Under the pieces are notes generated by a model. It did no database searches and was not told the origin of the DNA. It saw nothing but the letters and a program-made list of their open reading frames with translations. Positions 58,455 through 64,000 of a stretch of DNA of 64,000 nucleotides are shown here, in pieces. Numbering within the stretch: the stretch's first letter is position 1; each line of letters starts with the position of its first letter. The position numbers were made by a program, and so were the translations under genes. Source of the stretch: a virus; IMG/VR virus record IMGVR_UViG_3300037010_003043, positions 6,132 to 70,131 of that record; one strand, written 5' to 3'.

Positions 58455-60142
58455 TTTACGTATTTAAAATTTCCAGGTGTTTCAACTCTTAAATAATTTA
58501 GTTCTTCCATTATTTGTCTTTCAGTTTTATTTTCATCAAATCCTTTTTTAATTAAATTAGATTTTGTAAACTTAAATCTATTGAAAACCTCACCATCTTT
58601 AAAATAAAAATATCCTTTGTATATTTTATTCATTTTTTGAAAACCTAATTTTTCATATAAAGAACCATTTGATATTAAAATGTCAGAATAAGAAATTATT
58701 TTATCAATATTGTATTTTTTTATAAAATTACTTAATAATCTACTTGCTGCACCCGGTATTGAATAATTTTTTAAAATAGCAAAACGATTTATTTCCCAAT
58801 CAGAATTATTTTTAAACATTACTCTGCCTTTAGAAAATGTCATAACAGCGAAAATTTTATTATTAAGAGTTAATGTTATTGATTTTTGATATTTAGCAAA
58901 TCCTTGTAAATGATTTTCGTTTAAAAAGTTTTTTATATCTTCATATTTAGGATTAAAATCTACTTCTAGTTTTCTTGCAAATAATCTATTCATTTTAAAA
59001 TTAAGTTTATTTTTTATCATAGATTTTATTAATTCTGTTTTATTAAATAAATCATTTTGCCAAAAAAACATTAATTCGTAATTTGAAAATTTTTCTTTAA
59101 TTATTTTAAAATCGTTAAAATTAAGGTAAGGCATAAAAACAAACATATATTGTTTATTTTTATCATATACTGCTAAAATTAATGTAAAATTATCACTAAT
59201 AACAGAAATAAATTTATTAAAATTATTTTCTAAATCATAAAAAAGTGTATAAATTGATTTTACTTCAAATATAAATTTTTCATTTTTTAAGTATAAATCT
59301 GGTCTATATAAATGTTGCTTTTCATTTATTGTATATTCAAAAATAGGACAATTCCATTCAGTTGCTATATTTTCAAAATTTTCATTATTATTTTTTAAAT
59401 CGTCTAATAATTTATTACCGTAACCTTGATATAAAATTTTATTATTTTTATCCCATTGATAAAATTTTGAATTTTTAGAACTTTTTACCATTTTTTCATA
59501 AATTTCTGGTACAGAATATGGATTTTTGTTTCCGTATTTTTCTAACATTGTATTTTCAAATTTTTCTCTAATTTCTGGACATTGAAAAGAATTTCTAACA
59601 CCATATTTTTTAATCATAGTGTTGGCTAATTTTTCTTTTACTTCTGGATTTTTCATCCAATGGTTATAACCTGTTTTTTCTTTATAGTTATTTTTTCTTT
59701 TTTCTATAACTTCAGGAATTTTACTATTATAAGGCGTATCTATACCATATTTTTTAATATTACCTTGTCTAAATTTTTCTTTATATAAATTTCTATATTC
59801 ATTTTTTTTATCATCACTTAACGAAAGCCACCAATTTTTAGCAATTTTTGATTTGTTTTTATTTAAGCATTTTATTGAACAATATTTTTTAGGTCTTTTT
59901 GTTATTTTTATTAATTTACCACACTCTAAACATATTAATGGATTTTTTACATCTAATTTTGCATATAAATATTTTTCATCATAAGATAAATCAATATTGA
60001 AATTTTTGCAATGTTCTTCGATATACTCTTGTGCTTCCTTGTTATTTTTTATAAAGTAATAAATTTTAGCATTAATAGATTGTTTACTTGAATTTGAATT
60101 TTCTTTATAAAAATTTTCAATGATGGTTTGTAATTTATTCAT
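58445..60142 (-). CDS. Free-standing homing-endonuclease-like protein (Zn finger, KYG repeats, PD-(D/E)xK, Hef-like/GNAT-like C-terminus)
   Basis: CLECG..YCSIKC; T..KKYGV.N repeats; YRPDLY...FEVKS; FARK..FLNENHLQG..INRFA..GAASRLL..ISYSD..LYEKLGF. Confidence 0.75.
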   Translation of the reverse strand: MNKLQTIIENFYKENSNSSKQSINAKIYYFIKNNKEAQEYIEEHCKNFNIDLSYDEKYLYAKLDVKNPLICLECGKLIKITKRPKKYCSIKCLNKNKSKIAKNWWLSLSDDKKNEYRNLYKEKFRQGNIKKYGIDTPYNSKIPEVIEKRKNNYKEKTGYNHWMKNPEVKEKLANTMIKKYGVRNSFQCPEIREKFENTMLEKYGNKNPYSVPEIYEKMVKSSKNSKFYQWDKNNKILYQGYGNKLLDDLKNNNENFENIATEWNCPIFEYTINEKQHLYRPDLYLKNEKFIFEVKSIYTLFYDLENNFNKFISVISDNFTLILAVYDKNKQYMFVFMPYLNFNDFKIIKEKFSNYELMFFWQNDLFNKTELIKSMIKNKLNFKMNRLFARKLEVDFNPKYEDIKNFLNENHLQGFAKYQKSITLTLNNKIFAVMTFSKGRVMFKNNSDWEINRFAILKNYSIPGAASRLLSNFIKKYNIDKIISYSDILISNGSLYEKLGFQKMNKIYKGYFYFKDGEVFNRFKFTKSNLIKKGFDENKTERQIMEELNYLRVETPGNFKYVKNI

Positions 60143-60212
60143 TATAACCTTATAATTTTATATTTTATATATTATATTAACTCAATGTTTTGCTTTTATG
60201 AAAAATATAAAT

Positions 60213-60240
60213 AAAAAAAAACCTCCCATTGGGGAGGTTT
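60213..60240 (-). terminator. Intrinsic terminator after the major capsid gene
   Basis: aaacctccc-attg-gggaggttt stem with a long U-run on the minus strand. Confidence 0.85.
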
Positions 60241-60264
60241 ATAAGAATTATATTTAACTATCTA

Positions 60265-62028
60265 TTAGAAAATAGTTGTAACATTTCCTGTATGAACATA
60301 AAATGTGTAATATTGTGTTTGTGGCCATTGACCAGCCTCTACTAATGCATATCTTGATTTAACAGCAATTTTTGGAGCCATTGTACCTTCTGCGATAGTT
60401 TGAATAGATTCAGCCATTAAATAAGGCATAAATTTTAAACCAGGTTCTTGATCCTCACCTTTTCTACCTACCAAAATTCTATTATCAGTATATGTCATAT
60501 TAGGATCAACATATATTGTCATACCAGCTAAAGTTCCAATTGGATATAAAGAGCCGTTTGATTGATTAATTGTATTTTGCATTGGTGCAAAAGTGAATTG
60601 AGCAGAATCTTGTAAAGCAGTTGCTAATTGTAAATTTGTAACTGCAAAATTAGCAGGACCACGTCTACCTCTTTGAGCAATAATATTACCTGCCGCAATT
60701 AATTTAGATTGAATCCTACGTTGAATAGTATGCATATTCTCAAAGCTTCCAAAATCAGCGAATGGATTTACAGGAATTCTTTCAGTAAATCCAACTTTAT
60801 TTAAATAATAAGGAGATTGTAAAGCATTAACTTGTGTATGGTCAACTGTAAAGTTTAATGTTGCACCTTCAACTTTTAAAAATTCTGCATTATTTGTCCA
60901 ACCTAATGCAAAAGCTCTTGATAAAATATGTTTATTTATAGCTTGACTAATTTCATTAACTAAAGCATTTTCAATCATACTTACAACATCTAAACCAAAT
61001 TGCTTATTTAAATCTTGAATTTGTTCAGTTGTTACTGTTGCACTTACTTGATAAGTTTCAGCTTCAATAAATTTAGTATAAGCTTGAATATTCATTGGTC
61101 TATAGTAAGTAGATTCTCCTGTACCTCTTCCCATTGGAGTCATTGGAGTAGCACCATCAGTAAATGGACCTGTCCAATTATCTTGATCATAAGTACCAGC
61201 TCCAGAATAGCCTTGAATATGATCTTCTAACCCTCTTACTAAACCTGCTTTAGCTGTACAAGCAATACTATTTGTAGTTGCTAATGATGCATAAACAATA
61301 GGTTTTCCATTATTATCAGTAGTAATTATTGCATCTGTATCAAATATTTCAGAAATTGCAATCGATTCATCAACTGTCCAATTTGAATTATCAGCAGCTG
61401 CAGTATATGTATTACCAATTCTAAAAATTGGATAACCAGTAATTCTTGAGTAACCAATAAATAACATTTCAATTACTTTTTTATCAGCATTTGCAGATGT
61501 ACTAACACCCCAATATTTTGTACCAACTGTGTATTTATTTGAATTAATATTATCTACATCAACTGAAATTACTAAAGGTTGTTCGGTAGTTCCAGGTTTT
61601 CCACCGCCATAAACATAATCTAAATATGTTAATACGCCTGTTGGACCTGGCATAGGAATTACAGATACTATATCAAATCCTACAGTTCTTGCAGCAACTT
61701 GAATTGCTAAAGGTAATAATGAAGGGAATTTATCACCAGAACCAGTTGTGCCAGTATAAAATGACGCAGGACCACCAGGAGCGGCACCAGGTCTTACAGC
61801 ACCCATACCTGGAACATTACCTAAAGTTGCTGCCGTTCCATAAGCAAAAGATTCATTTAATGTATTAGAGTTATCATACATAGCATGATTATGACAATAT
61901 TCAGCCAACCATTGTTCTTTACCAGAGTTTACAAGACCAAAGGTATTTTTTAATTTTTCAGCGGGTATTTGCTGTTCTAACAGTCCATACCATTCACTTA
62001 AAACATTCTCATTTAAATAATTTTTCAT
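60265..62028 (-). CDS. gp23: Major capsid protein, T4 gp23-like
   Basis: V.VIPM.GPTG, T.EQIQDL....GLD....I.N.L..EI...IN..I, RRG.ANF, G.L.G...YVDP, PK..VKSRYAL. Confidence 0.95.
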   Translation of the reverse strand: MKNYLNENVLSEWYGLLEQQIPAEKLKNTFGLVNSGKEQWLAEYCHNHAMYDNSNTLNESFAYGTAATLGNVPGMGAVRPGAAPGGPASFYTGTTGSGDKFPSLLPLAIQVAARTVGFDIVSVIPMPGPTGVLTYLDYVYGGGKPGTTEQPLVISVDVDNINSNKYTVGTKYWGVSTSANADKKVIEMLFIGYSRITGYPIFRIGNTYTAAADNSNWTVDESIAISEIFDTDAIITTDNNGKPIVYASLATTNSIACTAKAGLVRGLEDHIQGYSGAGTYDQDNWTGPFTDGATPMTPMGRGTGESTYYRPMNIQAYTKFIEAETYQVSATVTTEQIQDLNKQFGLDVVSMIENALVNEISQAINKHILSRAFALGWTNNAEFLKVEGATLNFTVDHTQVNALQSPYYLNKVGFTERIPVNPFADFGSFENMHTIQRRIQSKLIAAGNIIAQRGRRGPANFAVTNLQLATALQDSAQFTFAPMQNTINQSNGSLYPIGTLAGMTIYVDPNMTYTDNRILVGRKGEDQEPGLKFMPYLMAESIQTIAEGTMAPKIAVKSRYALVEAGQWPQTQYYTFYVHTGNVTTIF

Positions 62029-62049
62029 ATTTTTAATATTTTTTATTTT

Positions 62050-63855
62050 CTACGATAATCTTTTTAAACCTAAAGCCAATTGATTCATATAAGAACTTCC
62101 ATAAGTACTTTTTACTTTTTCGGAATATTCAACTGTTTCGTTTAGCTTTACAAATTCAACAGCTTCATTTAATTTAGGACGAGTTTCCCAAAATGCTTTA
62201 ATTTGATATGGCGTTGATAAATTATAATATGTTGCTTGAGCAAAAATTCTATTTTTAGAATTTTCATCTAATTTTTCCCAAATAGATTTATAATTTTCAG
62301 GCATCATTGAAACTAAATATTCTTTTTGTTTTGATTCGTCTATCGGATTTAGAGTTTCGTTCCAAATTGAAATAAAATCTGCTTCATTCATAGGTTTTGA
62401 TTTAATAACTTCTTCAATAATTTTTGTTTTTTGATTATTTGGAAGTAATAAAAATTCTCTTTGTTTTGATTCGTTTAAAAGCTTAAAATAAGGAAAGTTA
62501 GCTTTTGATACTACATCTTCTGTCTTTTGTTTTTTGACAGATTCGATTAGAGAATCTATTTTTGAAATTAAATTTTCAGAATTGTTAAAGTTTTCATTTA
62601 AAGATACATTTAAATTATTTGATTGTGATTCTATAACTTTATTAGTAGAAATATTAGATTCGTTAATTCCATCTTTAATATATTCTACATATTCAATTAC
62701 ATTATTCATATTTTCAGTCAAATAATTATTATGTTCATAAATATTATTTACATTTTCAGTTAAATAATCAGTAAATTTAATAAGATTATTAATGTTTTCA
62801 ACCAAATAATTATTATGTTTTATTAAATTATTAACATAATTAGATTGATATTCTGTATAATCAGTCAAATTATTTACATTTTCATTAACATGATTTAAAT
62901 AACCTTCTACATTACTTACATTTTCATGAACATGATCTAAATAACCTTCTACATTACTTACATTTTCACGAACATGATCTAAATAACCTTCTACGTTATT
63001 CTTATCTTTATTATAAGATTCGACATTTGAATCGTTATAATCTATAAATTTTTTATAATTACTTGAGAATTCGGATAAATAATGATTAATGTTATCTAAG
63101 TTTTCTTTAATATCTTTATTAATAGTATAAGGTGTTTCTTTATTATTATTAATTTTTTCCATTAATGACTCATATTGCTCTTTAATATGAGTAGTATATT
63201 TTTCCATCATCTCGGTTGTCACAAGATTTGTATTATTCATATTTTTTATATTTTTTTCTTCATTGTCACTATAAAAATCAAATTTATTTTCATACAAATT
63301 AGAAACATCATAAATAGCAATATTTTCGTCATCATTACTAAGTCCAAAACTTTCATTAATTTTATTTAATTGAGCATTTGAAAATCCAGGTTCAGCTACT
63401 AAATCATAAGCAAATATTTTTTTAATTTCTACTGTATTATTTTCCTTTACGATACCAGCCGCTCTTGAAGATATTGATAATTGAAATCCTGCATCAACCA
63501 AAGCCATTGCATTTTTACCAGCTTCAGTATTAACAAGTCTAATTTTACCTCTAATTTGACGATTTTCTTTATCATATTCTAAACTTTCTACGGCATGGGA
63601 AACGTTTTTTAATGATATATCAAATTCTTTTGGATGATCTAATTCACCAAATAACATTCGTTTCTTAATTTTATCTTGTAAATAATCTAAATGAGGAAGA
63701 TATTCTTTTTCTTCGTAGATTCTTTTATTATTATTAAGAACTCCAAATTGCGCAAATATACCTTCTAAAACATATCCACCAGAATCTTTATCTTTAACTT
63801 CTAAAGTAGAACCTGTTTTTTCAAGGATCATTACTAATTTTTCACTGTCTTTCAT
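62050..63855 (-). CDS. gp21: Prohead protease gp21-like fused to a scaffold-like region
   Basis: LEGIF, N.N.RIY, GELDHP, VSH, ISSRAAG, D.V.EPGF..A; about 430-aa helical C-terminus with many L/I-x-E sites. Confidence 0.9.
   Translation of the reverse strand: MKDSEKLVMILEKTGSTLEVKDKDSGGYVLEGIFAQFGVLNNNKRIYEEKEYLPHLDYLQDKIKKRMLFGELDHPKEFDISLKNVSHAVESLEYDKENRQIRGKIRLVNTEAGKNAMALVDAGFQLSISSRAAGIVKENNTVEIKKIFAYDLVAEPGFSNAQLNKINESFGLSNDDENIAIYDVSNLYENKFDFYSDNEEKNIKNMNNTNLVTTEMMEKYTTHIKEQYESLMEKINNNKETPYTINKDIKENLDNINHYLSEFSSNYKKFIDYNDSNVESYNKDKNNVEGYLDHVRENVSNVEGYLDHVHENVSNVEGYLNHVNENVNNLTDYTEYQSNYVNNLIKHNNYLVENINNLIKFTDYLTENVNNIYEHNNYLTENMNNVIEYVEYIKDGINESNISTNKVIESQSNNLNVSLNENFNNSENLISKIDSLIESVKKQKTEDVVSKANFPYFKLLNESKQREFLLLPNNQKTKIIEEVIKSKPMNEADFISIWNETLNPIDESKQKEYLVSMMPENYKSIWEKLDENSKNRIFAQATYYNLSTPYQIKAFWETRPKLNEAVEFVKLNETVEYSEKVKSTYGSSYMNQLALGLKRLS
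62662..62997 (-). repeat. Eight 14-aa (42-bp) repeats in the scaffold region
   Basis: NVEGYLDHVRENVS, NVEGYLDHVHENVS, NVEGYLNHVNENVN and five diverged units. Confidence 0.85.
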
Positions 63856-63885
63856 TTATTATATTTTTATGTTTTTCGTTATAAA

Positions 63886-63894
63886 TTATATATT
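63886..63894 (-). promoter_or_regulatory. Putative late promoter AATATATAA upstream of the protease-capsid operon
   Basis: Same motif as before several other late genes; 30 nt from the ATG. Confidence 0.45.
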
Positions 63895-64000
63895 AAATTT
63901 TTTTGCTCAATTTGAACAAAATTACCAAAAACCTCTATGGGTTCTAAACTTTTCCAATAAATTTTATTTTTATTTAAAATAATATCATTTTTTTTAGCAA

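Noticed and set aside
10647-62028. Introns or inteins in helicase, primase or capsid genes
   Set aside because: ORFs are continuous, of plausible length, and lack intein splice motifs
8335-63369. Short plus-strand ORFs in the track (e.g. 8335, 9742, 12831, 36923, 47712, 61015, 62534)
   Set aside because: Antisense to well-supported genes, with shadow-like composition and no motifs
1-64000. tRNA, rRNA or structured ncRNA genes
   Set aside because: Intergenic gaps are short and AT-rich; no cloverleaf or T-loop motif seen by eye, though a tRNAscan/Infernal run would be needed to be sure

Overview
This is a 64-kb segment of a very AT-rich, T4-related large (probably jumbo) myophage genome. It uses the standard genetic code, and every supported gene but one is on the minus strand. 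In transcription order (right to left) it holds: prohead protease/scaffold fusion and major capsid protein; a free-standing nuclease and an IS200-type tnpA relic; small genes (histone H1-like, holin-like, secreted CHAP amidase, Ntn hydrolase); a tail/baseplate/neck module containing an S1-like ribosomal protein and an amidoligase; Cys-rich and collagen-containing appendage genes; a replication/recombination block (RuvC-like, gp32 SSB, primase, UvsY, UvsW); and a cluster of proteins with T4-like capsid-targeting N-termini. That cluster ends in a tandem array of at least 7 recombining paralogues with variable-length (G-Y-D-x-x)n acidic tails, the best candidate for an undescribed system (a diversified family of head-packaged, injected proteins). 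Host hints point to the Bacteroidota/FCB group. I saw no tRNA, rRNA or CRISPR array. All calls come from motif recognition by eye; no database searches were run.
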